Assembly: GCF_009834535.1 (NCBI RefSeq)
Contig: NC_045697.1
Coordinates: 45,076,001 to 45,140,000 of the forward strand
DNA: 64,000 nucleotides
Direction of reading: 5' to 3'
DNA from: Camelus ferus
Taxonomy: Eukaryota
Of this stretch, positions 52,676 through 64,000 are shown piece after piece. The notes under the pieces are model-generated. The model worked only from the letters and a program-made list of their open reading frames with translations. It was not told where the DNA came from and made no database searches. The translations under genes were made by a program, and so were the position numbers. The first letter of the stretch is position 1; each line of letters begins with the position of its first letter.

Positions 52676-55600
52676 AGTGTCCTTTTTGCAACCTTTGACT
52701 GGCCTGTACCTCTTTATTCACATCTACACTTTTCTTACAACCCAAATGGCAGTTCTAGATTTAAATATTCTCCCTTGCCTGTTCCTATACCTAGACAAAA
52801 CTTTACCTAGACAAAATTTTATGGTACAAAAAATTTAGAAGAAGTCTCATGATTTAAAGGAAACGCCCTTACCATACATACATCTTAAATGATTAAGTAA
52901 GCCATGTGAACACAAGAATCATGCTTTTTTCATTAAATGTCCTACATTCAGTTAATATTTTGTTATGAAGGCAATAAAAATGAAAGCAAGTGTTAATGAG
53001 AGTCCATAAAAGTGCAAGTAAAATGTCTAATCTCTATTTTCTAAGCAATTTTCTCCATTTTATCTGCAAGTCACTTTAGAAAGGTTACATAAAAAGCAAA
53101 ATTAAGTAATCCAGCAAAAGAAATCTCTCTTGAATTTGTACTTTTGCCATTCTATGTTCTATTCATCACTGGTCTTCAAAATAATTAGTCAAGGCTCTAC
53201 AAGATCCCAAAGTGCCTTCTGAATCATTAAACATTAAATTTTCAATAGCATTTTTGGCCTCATGTTGTTTATTGACTGTTGGCTCTCCCTGTCCAGTGTA
53301 CATGGCTACCCTATAGTAACCAGAGTATTCCAAGCAATCAATCTGACAGGAAGTATCTGTTTAATGACTGCCATGTGCTCATCCTTGCGTTGTTTTCATC
53401 AAGCAGAGCACTGTGTCTGTGAGCAGGCTAAATGCTGAGAATTTACTGTATTACTTACAACTGCGAATTTCTGTTAGCCTGAAATTACTTTTATACCGAT
53501 GCTGCTAAATGGCTGAAGGAAAAGAGGTGAAGCCTGGTTAACAGTCATATGGGTGCTCATCCCTTCATAACGCTGCCTCTTCTCTGAGGCTTATACCCCC
53601 TTACTTCTCATGATGAACCATGTCAAAACTATAATTGCTTTTTTCTCCTTTAAGGGAAGCATGGTAAAAAATTGTATCTGAAACACTTTACCTGTCTTTT
53701 TTTTTCCCTCCCTTTTACATCACGTTAATAAAAAAGCAATTAGGAAACACAGAGAGGGAAACAAAAATGAATTCCCAGTTCTCCCATATAGTTCATCATT
53801 AAAGGTAGCTACTGTTGTTTGGGTACATATTTCCTTTCATGGTATTTATACACACACACACCCCCAGTGGTCTGAAACATGCCAATGGTGGTAAGCTAGG
53901 AAAAAAAACCAGTCCAACCCTATAAAAGTAACATCTATAAAAAACATACCCAAAAGAAAAAGAATGAAAACCTAGCCTCTAGGGTAAAGGTTAACAACTA
54001 AACTGTCATTGAGAGTTGATGATTTGCTTTCCCCTGAGCTTAGGACCTTTGGGGAATTAGTTTATGATCCCAGGCAGCTTTCTTGGCAGGGGGGAGGGTG
54101 CCCAGTTAGCCCTAATTATGACATTTTGTTTCACATTCCCACTTAAACAGCTAACCTTTCTTTTCTAATGGGTCTGGACTCTGGCAGCCACAGCTTGAAC
54201 TGACTGAGCTGTTCTTTCTCTAAATGGCCTTTTGTGTGTGGATAATGACTCCACTCTCTTGAACAGGGATTTTTTTTTTTTCCTGCTGGCTGTATCTAAA
54301 TGCATCATTGGAAAAAACAAAGAGAAATTGCAGTAAAATGGTACATGATGGCCCCCTGGGGTGGGGGTAGGCTTGGCTCTCAGACTTTCACACTTGGCCT
54401 TCTTCAAAAGTTTCATACAGAGTAAGATTTCACCTCAGAGTGGGGATGGAGAGGGTGGGGATGGATTGGGGCCATGTTCTGGGCTGGGATTTGAGAAGAC
54501 AAACTGTTGCTGAGTTGAGGGCTGCCTGGGTCTTCTCAGTGGAAATACTGACCCATCTTACTGAGTCAGGGCCTGCCTCAGAAGAAGTGCTCAGAAACAA
54601 GAGTTTCTTCTCGCTCGACCTCCCAAGGGTCATTGGTCATTCTTGTCTTTTGCTACACTTCGATATGCTACCTGAATTTACCATGTCCATGGCATGGGAG
54701 AGCCTTGTGAAACAGATGAATGAAAGCTCTTGGAAACCCACTTTATGTACCAAGATTTAGAGTTCTATTAAAAAATGTCCATATAATAGAAGAGGTGTTG
54801 GTATCAAAGTTTATAAAACTTGAAGGCAGATTTTGATCTTTTATATTTTAAATTAATTAGGAGCTACCTAGATTTCTTTGTAGTCCCAATACATTTCATT
54901 ACCACAGTAACTTAAAATCACAATGAGGCAATTTTAAGGTCTAAAGACAGTATGAGTTAGTGGAGCTTCCCTACCTATAGTAACCCACTATGCTCTTCTC
55001 CACTGCTTTTCTTTACTCTCCTCCTGGATGTAAAAAGCACTTTGGACATTACTAGACATTATGTAAATGCTAGCCTGTGTGATCTAATCACACTCCTCTC
55101 CTGTACTGAACTCCCTCCATCGCACTCTGCATACTTGGTACTTAACCAGTTCTGACCAATCCATTTCTACCACCTCATCCCTTGGGTACTTTAATAGTTT
55201 TGTTTAATAAAGTAATAACTCATAATGGGTTAATAAAGGGCACTTAGGTATGCTAGGGTATAGCCCTCTGAAGGTCTGTAAGGAACTTCCCTAAGGTGAA
55301 GTGTTCACTCCTTCTTCTGAGTGCCTTAGGTACTTCGTCTTAAAGGGGGTGATAATGATATAGCTCTTCTTCATTCAAACCAGTGAAGATGTCAGTGTGG
55401 TATATGTATGTGGGCTTAATACTGTTAAAGTTCGACCTCTGCATGAGCAAGAGGGCAGGAAACAGGACTGAAACACAGACAGAAAAAAGCTGAAGAGATT
55501 TTTTCCTAAGACCAACTCTGCAAGGGGAGACAACTATTAGCAATCACAATATATAGTCATTGAACTTGACCATTTTTGATTCATCACCAGAAATTCTGAA

Positions 55601-56179
55601 CAGGTTTGAAGCATGTTACACTTTTATAAAATACTGTTAGTTTTAAAAATCCAGTGGGGTTTGGAGAAAGGTCAGGTAATCGAACCCATTCTCTATGAAG
55701 GTGTAATTCAATCTTTATAGAAATTCCTACTCTTTCCAGAAAATTTCTGAGGCAAATGCAGCTTTGCCCAATAGCTTTGGGCTATGGCGGCTGGAGAGGA
55801 GAGTGGCACTAAAGAAAAATACTGTTTTCTAAACCTTGACTTTACACATGGATTGACTCTGTCAAACCGACACTTGAAATGTGAGCTAGTCTTTATACCC
55901 CATGTGAGAATCTGAAAGGTGACTGAAGTTTCTAAGACTAGCAAGGCTAGTAGGTTTTAGAGTCACACGCCTCCTAAGTGCTCTTTGTTGGTCTGCTGTC
56001 ATCATGAGTCAAACCACTTGCTAGCGACCCGGAGCAGTGCAGACAGCCTTGGGACACTTACTGAGCAGATGCTGAACAGTGAAGGCCAAAATACAGAAAG
56101 GTCATGGACTAGGGGCAGAACAGTTACAATTTGATCATTACTGATGAAGTAGTGGCATTCTGTGTCACTTTACTACATG

Positions 56180-56585
56180 TGGAATTTATTCATTCACGTA
56201 TTCACAAATCTTCATTGAGCATCTCTTACTTGCTAGACATGGTATTAGGGTCCCAAGGTACAGAAGCTAAATTAAAACAGGATTATTTCTGCCCTCAGGG
56301 GGTCATATTTTACTGGAAGAGACTGAATATAAATAACAAGATAATAGCTCTCATTTACTCGTGCCAAGTGAGTTCCTGTTACTGTTCTAAGGGATTTGCA
56401 TGCACTTGCTCACTTAAGCTCACAACAGCTATATGGGGTGGGTCTGATTATTATGCCTTTTCTACAGATGACTGAGCTCAGGCCCAGAGGTGTTTGTACT
56501 GGTTCAAGGTCACACGGTAGTAAGTGGTGGAATCAGGATTCAAACCCAGACCCCATGACCTCCACCTCTGCCTCTGACACCATAT
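56180..56585 (-). mobile_element. L2 3' end (56180-56335) followed by MIR (56340-56585)
   Basis: attcattcac...cattgagcatcttact; ctacagatgactgagctcaggcccagagg...caaggtcacacggtagtaagtgg...ggattcaaacccag. Confidence 0.8.
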
Positions 56586-57934
56586 TCTAAAAGGAAAGCA
56601 TAGAAAGGGGATCGGGGATACCTAGGGACGGATTAGCCTTTGTTTCAGTCCCATCTTCCTTATATAACTACTGTTCAGAGTTTGGTGAATTTTCTTCCAT
56701 TTCAACCAGTCTACGTACCTGGTTTTGCTGCTCTAAAAAAAAAAAAGCTGCAATTATATTGTACATACAATTTTTAACATGTAATCTTGAAGTCTGTCTG
56801 TAGGCCTTGAGTGTCTTTAAGCAATGACAGAGAAAGTCCTTGAAAATCATTGTTTAAGGCTTTCATGGCCCAAGAGATACTATTTTTTTACACTACGTTA
56901 AAAAAAAAACTTAACTCATTGGGGAAGTATTCATTTACTTGGACAAAGTATATATTATAAAAATAAGCAATTTATCTTTATGAATCATCATGAAGGCCCA
57001 CCTACATATTGAAATAACAGAAAGTCTCAGGTATCAAAATGATATTTAAATACTTCTATATCCTCTTGTGACTTAACCTTTGTAAGTTAAATTCATGCAT
57101 CAGAATTGTAAATGCATTTATAATTTTAGAAAGTTCCACAAATTTTCATCAAGAACTCAGTAAAAATAATGTCTCTTTTATAAGCAGTGCTATAAATGGG
57201 AAATAGGGGAGGGGATTTACAAAATCATAATTATAGTCAGTCTTTCCATAGAGTGTTTATCTGTTTAACTTTTAACGATGGTATAAAGAGGAGTACATTG
57301 CACTCTGTGGGGTACACATCTCCTCTATTAAGAAAGCACATGAAACTCTTATTAGAAAAATAAGGAAGTGGGTGGAGGAAGGGGAAGAAAATGTGCTTCA
57401 GACTTTTAAACTGTAGCTACTGACTTTTGCATCAGAAACCAGTTCTTACGTCTGAAACCCCAACTAATCTGAGCAAATTTTTAGCTTGTGAACTAATGAG
57501 TTTAAAAATGAAGTCCTCCTGTTGTTGCTTGATTTTCTTTCTGCTTCAGTTGTTCTTTCAAATAAAATGCTGAAATGCTAAGGAAGCAATTTTCAGAAAT
57601 GCATTGGTAGCTAAATCGCAGCTGTACATTGAGATCACATGGAGGTGGATTTCATTAGCGTCACCTAAAGCCTCTATAACATTCTAATATTATTTAAAGG
57701 TGGAAAAATCAATGCTTAAGAAAGGGAACTTCTTAACCTGGATAGACAAAAGCAGAGTAAAATTGCATGGTCACGAAGTCATAAAAAAATCTAATCTTTT
57801 CCTTATGATTGCCACATTTGCTAAAACCTTGCTCTAACATTGATTTGATGGTCAATTCTTCAATATAAGACAAATTTGCTTAAATCTGATCCAAGGTAGG
57901 CTTTTAAAAAGCAGTAATGTTAGACCCACACACT

Positions 57935-58095
57935 TTACTTAGATTATCTTATTTGATCCTCATAACGACCATATGAGACAGCTGCCATAATTTCCTTCAT
58001 TTTACAGATAAGGAAGTTGAGGCACAGAGATTGTCAGTCACTAGCCCACGTTTACAGTCAAGGAGTGGCAGGGCTGGAATGTGAACATAGATAAG
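57935..58095 (-). mobile_element. MIR fragment
   Basis: atttgatcctcataacgaccatatgag...cattttacagataaggaagttgaggcacagaga. Confidence 0.85.
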
Positions 58096-58270
58096 GTTTC
58101 CCAATCCCTTATTTTTTGTTACTTCCTCCTTCAAAATCTCCAATGGCAGCTAATAGCCTATCAATCCAATCAACAAGAGATAATATATCTCTTTGGAGAT
58201 ACCTTTGGAGAACAGAGAATGAAGGAAGGCATAGGGAACTGAAGGCACAATTTTTTTAAACCAGCTTTCA

Positions 58271-58470
58271 TGCAAATTGCTAAGAGAAGAAATTGTGAGA
58301 GTTCTCATCACCAGGAAGAATAAAGTTTGAAGCTATTAGTGGTGATGGATGTTAACTAGACCTAGTGTGGTGACCATTTCACAACATGTACAAATATTGA
58401 ATCATTAAGTTGTATACCTTAAACTAATATAATGTTGTATGTCCATAATATCTCAATTAAAAAAAAAAAA
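58271..58470 (+). mobile_element. Short L1 (L1MA-type) 3' end with poly-A and TSD
   Basis: ggtgatggatgttaactagac...tgtataccttaaactaatataatgttgtatgtc...ctcaatt then poly-A; TSD aaa(c)cagctttca at 58258-58270 and 58471-58482. Confidence 0.92.
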
Positions 58471-58494
58471 AAACAGCTTTCAGTTCACCCAGTG

Positions 58495-58878
58495 GGCTGG
58501 TGATTGTTTCCCCCTGGTCCCAGATCCATTCTCCAATGTTCTCCATCCTGCTCTCATGCCCTCTGGCTTCTACTTGGGCTCAGCCAATGGGAGGATCTGG
58601 TAGGAGAATGGAGGGTGGAGGAGAGAGAGGTCCAGGTATTTTTCCCCACGTTTTCCTACTTCAGTACTTGTCTCTGCAAGTAATTACTGCATCTTTTCTG
58701 CCAAATGGCTGCTCCTTTGAGCCTTATGGGTGCTACCAGCCTCCTATTGATAGTCTCTGGGTGCTTCAACATCACTATTCCTCTCCTTAACCAAACTTCC
58801 TTAAGTCACCCCTTTACCAAAGTGGAACTTGAATTATCCAGGGGAAGTTCTGTTTCCTGCTAAGACCTGACTGATAGA
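58495..58878 (-). mobile_element. ERVL solo LTR (LTR16-like)
   Basis: ccctctggcttctacttgggctcagccaatgggagg...ggagagagaggtccaggtattt...ctgtttcctgctaagacctgactgata. Confidence 0.75.
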
Positions 58879-60220
58879 CTTTGTCTTTCTTGTCTTACTC
58901 CTCTCTCCTCTCTACAGAAACATATTCATTTATTCATTAAACAAACATTTACTGAACCAGGTACTCTTCCAAGGCTGGTAGTGAAGAATATCAAGTGAAT
59001 AATATAGATAAAGTCCTTGCTCTCCTGGAGCTTAAAATACCTTGTGCTTTCATTTCCCTATGCTTTTGGTTCATTCCCTATGCCTCACTCATCTCTTGCC
59101 AATTGTAATTCTTTAAGCCCCAGTTCCAATATTTCTTCTTCAAAACTGCAACATTTCGACTTCGTTTGAGTTCTGTGAAGGGCTAGGTTCCGTGCTAATG
59201 ACAAAGATTCTAAAAAGAATTCTGAAAGTATTTACTGGTCACCCTCTCATTCCAGATCTTCTTTCCAAGAATCCATAACTCTGAAAAATCCACAGAAGCA
59301 GATAGAATTTTCCTGAGTGGACTGCCGCGGACTGTTTGCCGCTTTGAAACGGTTGACTTCCCTGGATGATGAAGAGATGTTTGTGTTGCAGAATAATTTA
59401 CTGGATTATTAAAGTATTTTTCCCTAACCATTTCCAAACAGTTAGAAAGGCTTCGGGGCTCCTTTGCCTCAGGATAGGTGTGTGTTAAGGAAAGCAGAAG
59501 TTCTCCTCAGACAACGTGCCTTTGTGATTTTTGTTTCTAGAGGCCTGAACCCCTGAGGAAATCATGGTGGTGGGAGAGGAGAGATGAAGGCGGTTGGAGG
59601 CGGGAGAAGTAACTGAGTGGAGACTCAGAGAGGGCAGGGCTGCTGCACAGAGTTCCAGTGAGGTGGCCGTGGCTGGGTGTCCCTGAAAGTCTGACTGCTA
59701 GTCTCTCAGCCAGGACAAAGGCCCAGGGAGGCCAGACCAGGGTGCTCCCGAGCTCCCTGCGTCCCCTGCCCAGATTGGCACCACAGTGCACAACCCCTCG
59801 CCTTCAGGGGACACAGTTAACAAGATGTAAGACAACCTTCCTCTCCTCTGAGGTTCAGTTTTCAATAAGGTAGTTACACACTTCAGAGGCTGGTGTGTAA
59901 TTTCCTAGCAGCTGGACATACTGTCTACTTCTGCTTTTTCCAGCATCACTCGTGATATTTAGTTGACACCACCTCAAACTGTATCTAAATTTGTATGTGA
60001 ATCATTCAACTGTATTTATAAAACCCTAAGCTGCTTATGAGAGAAATAAAATTTTAGCTCCCTGGGTGAGTAGGAGGATTTCTTCCCAAAGGCCCTTTTG
60101 TTTTCCCTGTCTGCTTGTAATTATAGTAGAAGAGAAGGAGAGCAAGAAAGAGAGAGAGAAAGGAAGAGAGGGAACTGACCAAGTTCAAAAGATGTTTTAT
60201 CAAATCATTGTCATTTAGGG

Positions 60221-60532
60221 TAGGAGTTGGCAAACTTCCACAGGCCAAATCCAGCCACCATCTGATGTATGGCCCATGAGCTAAGGATAATTTTTACCTT
60301 TTTAAATGGTTAAAAAAAATCAAAAGAAAAATATTTGGTAGCACATGTTACCAAATATTACTAGAGTTACATGAAATTCAAATGTCAGTGTCCATAACAA
60401 AGCTTTATTAGAATATACGTACCCCTCCTCATTTATGGGACTGCTCTTGGGCACAGTTGAATAGTTGCAACAAAACCCCAAAAAGCCTAAAATATTTACT
60501 GCTTTACCTTTATAAAACTTTACTAACCCTTT
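60221..60532. mobile_element. MER58B-like hAT-Charlie MITE
   Basis: ggagttggcaaact...ggccaaatccagcc...tatggcccatgagctaag...atgaaattcaaatgtcagtgtccata...aagcctaaaatatttact; 8-bp flanks atttaggg / atgtagag (6/8). Confidence 0.88.
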
Positions 60533-60774
60533 ATGTAGAGTGAATGTGGTAATTCTTGTTCTTGGGTTTTAAAGCTGGCTGTCTACAAGAGGATCTGGTC
60601 ACCTAATACCCAGACTTATTTCTATTTATGTAAGGAGTGGACAAAGTTTATTACTCACTCAGGGGTAAGATCAGCATCAAAATAGACTAAGTCCCAAAAG
60701 GGGTCCCCCTCTGTGAGTTAAACAGAAATCAATACATTTTGAATGTGCTTAGCCTGAGGAAGTTCTCCCAGAGA

Positions 60775-61420
60775 GATGATAATAATAGCTCCCACTTATA
60801 AGAAAGGGGAACCCTCCTACACTGTTGGTAGGAGTGTAGATTGGTGCAGCCACTGTGGAGGACAATATGGAGGTTCCTTAAAAAACTAAAATAGAGTTAC
60901 CATGTGACCCAGCAATCCCACTCCTGGGCATATACCCAGAAAATATAATTCAAAAGGACACATGCACCCTAAAGTTCATAGCAGCACTATTTACAATAGC
61001 CAAAACATGGAAGCAACCCAAATGTCCATCAACAGATGGCTGGATAGGGAAGGTGTGGTATATATCCGCAATGGAATACTACTCAGCCATAAAAGAGAAT
61101 AAAATAATGCCATTTGCAGCAACATGGATGGACCTGGAGATCGTCATTCTAAGTGAAGTGAGCTGGAAAGAGAAAGAAAAATGCCTTATATGTGAATCTT
61201 AAAAAAAAAAAAAGGGACACAAATGAACCACTTATTATAACATAACTTAGATGATTTATTTCTTGATTATGCATAAGCACATTTGACTGTCCTTTATGAT
61301 TGGACTAGCTCCCACTTACAGAACTCTTACAATAGTCCACATACTTACTAGCAACCCAATTTAATCCTCAAAACCACCCTGAAAAGTAAGCATTTTAAAG
61401 ATGATTTGAAGGTAGGGCAA
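60775..61420 (-). mobile_element. MIR interrupted by a composite L1 insertion
   Basis: gataataatagctcccactta | resumes at 61306 ...atttaatcctcaaaaccaccctgaaaagtaagcattttaaagatg. Confidence 0.7.
60801..61228 (+). mobile_element. Young L1 fragment (end of ORF2 and start of 3'UTR), truncated at both ends
   Basis: ggaaccctcctacactgttgg...gacccagcaatcccactcctgggcatatacccag...gcagcaacatggatggacctggaga; stops at gacacaaatgaac, without the terminal 3'UTR or tail. Confidence 0.95.
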
Positions 61421-61689
61421 TGAGTTGAAGTCTAAAAATCAAAAGGTGCGTGGTGTGTTCAATCCACATAAAACTCTGGAGGTCAGAGAGCAATGAGAAA
61501 CTGCTTCTTAAGTACAAGGCCAAGGGCTGGGATTTCTGCCCACCAGGCATGAGGTCTGGTCTTAGGGCAGATAAGAGCAACTTTACACAGTTGTCATAAA
61601 GCATCAGCGACCTACTCATGGAAGAACTAACAGTGTCTGGCAAGTAGTGGTTGCCCAACAAATGTTGGTTTATTTTCTTCCCCTTTTGT

Positions 61690-61900
61690 TTCTAATTAAA
61701 TATTTACAAAATGTACGTGGGTTATGGAAAGACTATAAGTACATCAGAAATTAATACCAATGGTTATTGGGAGGCACTGGGCTGAGTACAGGGAAGACAG
61801 GGACAGGAATGGACACATTGCTTCTCTGCCTATTATTTTCATATTGTTTTGATTTTCAGCCATGTAAATATATTTGCTATCAAAAAAATTAAATGAAAGA
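61690..61900 (+). mobile_element. Old L1ME 3' end
   Basis: ggaaagactataagtacat...taccaatggttattggg...attgttttgattttcagccatgtaaatatatttgctat. Confidence 0.55.
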
Positions 61901-62234
61901 TATGTAATAAGGTTCAATTTGGGACCTATGTATTTTAGAGCCTCCCTACTACTGAACAGGCCTACTCAATTTTATGAGATATATATATATGTTTCATTTC
62001 ATCTTATTCTTTTTGTTTTTATTTATTTACTTTGGAGTTAATTTATTCCTTGATTTGGAAACATAAGTATCCCAATTTCTTTGTTATAGAAATATCTCCT
62101 ATGGATAATAGTGATTCTTAGCCAGTGGCTTATTTTTATAACTAAAACTTAAGTGTCTGAGAGCTTGTCACATCTGGTTTTCAGGTCCTTTTCTATCTAC
62201 TGTTATTTCACTCTGGGAGCATTACTGCTACAAA

Positions 62235-63086
62235 CACGTGTATTCTGGAGTGGGTAAAATCCTATTTACCCATGCTGTATTGAATTAAATAAAAACATAC
62301 TCAACAGTGAAAAGAATTGTTTATAAACACACTAAAACATTTCAGTGGCTTGCAGTTGTAGCGAGAAGCACGTGCTAGCTCCCTAGGAGAACGTGCACAC
62401 CCTGGGGCCGGGACTGCCGTCCTCTCGGGGGCTCTGCCCTGCCCTTCCAGCAGCACCAGGCCACTTGCACGTCACAGCACCCCATTCTGTTTCTCACCCA
62501 AGTGCCTACCGCTCGGTGGATGCTTAATCAGTATTTGATAAATTGATGAATGAATGGCCAATAAACTCTCTCCTATTGATTGGATTTTCCAGAATGCTGC
62601 TCCTACCAGAGAGGAAGGAGCTGGGCCAAATTCTTTACCATGCATACAACCCATTTTTCCTAATAATTATGTGCAGCTTCCTAAATTATTAAATTGGCTT
62701 TTTATTAACCGGTCTCTCCTGAGCTTAGTTAATATGGACCAAAGCATCTGTAAGGAAATTGGTGAAAACAGTCTTGAGACTCACTAAGCCTCTGGCTTGG
62801 AATGGACACCTCGAAGGAGGCATTTGAGAAACACAAACAGCTTAACCCCCTCACGTGAGTCTAGCAAAGCCCCTGGGTCTGCACCATGTCCCCCATCCAT
62901 CCTGAAGAGCCAAAACCTCTCCAGAACTCTGCTTTTCACTGTCTATCTGAAGACTTCAAAGGTCATATTCTGTTAATTAGGATAATATCCGAGGCTCTTT
63001 ATCAACTGGTCCAATTTATTCTTTTGTTGCCATTTCCCCCAATAAAGCTGTCTGCTCTGGTTCTGTCAGTTTCCTGAAGACACGTG
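62235..63086. promoter_or_regulatory. Candidate enhancer: cluster of CACGTG E-boxes in a locally GC/CpG-richer patch
   Basis: CACGTG at 62235, 62369, 62852 and 63081; ACGTG at 62391; CACGTCA at 62468. Confidence 0.35.
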
Positions 63087-64000
63087 TTCTGTTCATTTCT
63101 ACCCTTAAATCTTCAACCACATTCTTCCTCTTAAAAACATCCTGAGGTTTGTTTGTTTTTAAAGAGATTTGTTTGTTTTTAAAGTGGTTTGTTTATGCCA
63201 ATTAAAACTATATGTCATAAAAGCCTAAGTAAAACCCATCTCTTTCCCATCTTTCTTGGCACCTGCTGTTTATACCATAACATCTGACACTTGTCTCTAT
63301 GTGCCCTAATTGCTTCCCGGTTGCAAATAGGAATTTATTTATACCTCTTATCTCCTCAGATAGAAGGACTGTTCTTCTGAGACATAATCTGTGTCTTCTC
63401 CTTCTTTATTATTTCTTGCAGGGCCTACCACAGAGCTGGCTGGACTGAGTAGCTGTTCTAAGGATACCAATTAAATTGAAAAAAAAAAGCATTTTCTAAT
63501 TGGGAAGAATAAAATGAATACATCATACCTGCCATGATAGGTGTTTATTCTTTGTTAACTAGGTCATGCTCACAGAATGCTGCCAAGTATGTACTACTAG
63601 CCCCATCTTTAAGAGATGAAGACAGATGTTCACAAACATTAGCAACCCACCTTACACCACACAGCTCGTATGTGGCAGGGCTGGAAAATCTGCTTGATGT
63701 CAAAGCTTTTTTCTCTCTCTTTCCACTTAGTCTTTTATTAGTAGCTGACAATGGTGGTATCTTTCAGACTGAAGGATATAAAATGTTAGTATGCATTCTT
63801 AGTAGGTAAATTGATCGAAAAAAATTAGTTTTGCCTATAAAATGGCATTCTTATCTTTCTTTAAAAATAAGATCAAAATTGCATAAAGGACAGCTTCTCT
63901 TTATCGAATAAAATATGGAAACAAGGGGGGGGGTCATTAGGGAAATAAGGCCAATAGTTAGAGAAATAAAGCCTTGCCCATCTTAGTTAACTAACAAAAA

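Noticed and set aside
53305..54987. Similar ctac(c)ctatagtaacc motifs at ~53306 and ~54972, resembling RFX X-box halves
   Set aside because: Short, imperfect match to the X-box consensus; could be chance
52788..63195. Small tandem duplications (16 bp at 52788-52819; ~21 bp at ~59049-59085; ~21 bp at ~63147-63190)
   Set aside because: Ordinary replication-slippage duplications
1..64000. CRISPR arrays, operons, tRNA/rRNA/snRNA genes, processed pseudogenes, NUMTs
   Set aside because: The sequence is mammalian and repeat-rich; I recognised no spaced repeat array, structured RNA gene, retrocopy or mitochondrial segment by eye

Overview
AT-rich, CpG-depleted placental-mammal genomic DNA, intergenic or deep intronic. 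I recognise no protein-coding exon, RNA gene or CpG island. All the supplied ORFs are short and look like chance ORFs, apart from three that translate LINE-1 ORF2 remnants (12795-12980, the start of 20143-20379, and 39958-40197). The window is dense in ancient repeats (MIR, L2, L3/CR1, old L1M, MLT1 and LTR16 LTRs, hAT/Charlie-type DNA transposons) plus seven younger L1 insertions. The young L1 3' ends and the absence of any Alu, B1, Bov-tA, PRE-1 or SINEC that I could see suggest a cetartiodactyl, possibly a camelid (inference). I did not find a new gene system. The most interesting signals are small insertion scars readable at base level: a 63-bp internal L1 RT fragment with no tail inside a 13-bp duplication; a tailless L1 fused to 77 bp of unknown DNA inside a MIR; a 16-bp twin-priming inversion; a ~45-bp micro-L1; and a unique 44-bp segment duplicated 2770 bp away. 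There are also candidate enhancers (a CACGTG cluster, homeodomain-rich and AP-1/ARE patches). Repeat family names come from my recollection of consensus sequences. Boundaries are approximate unless TSDs or TIRs are quoted.
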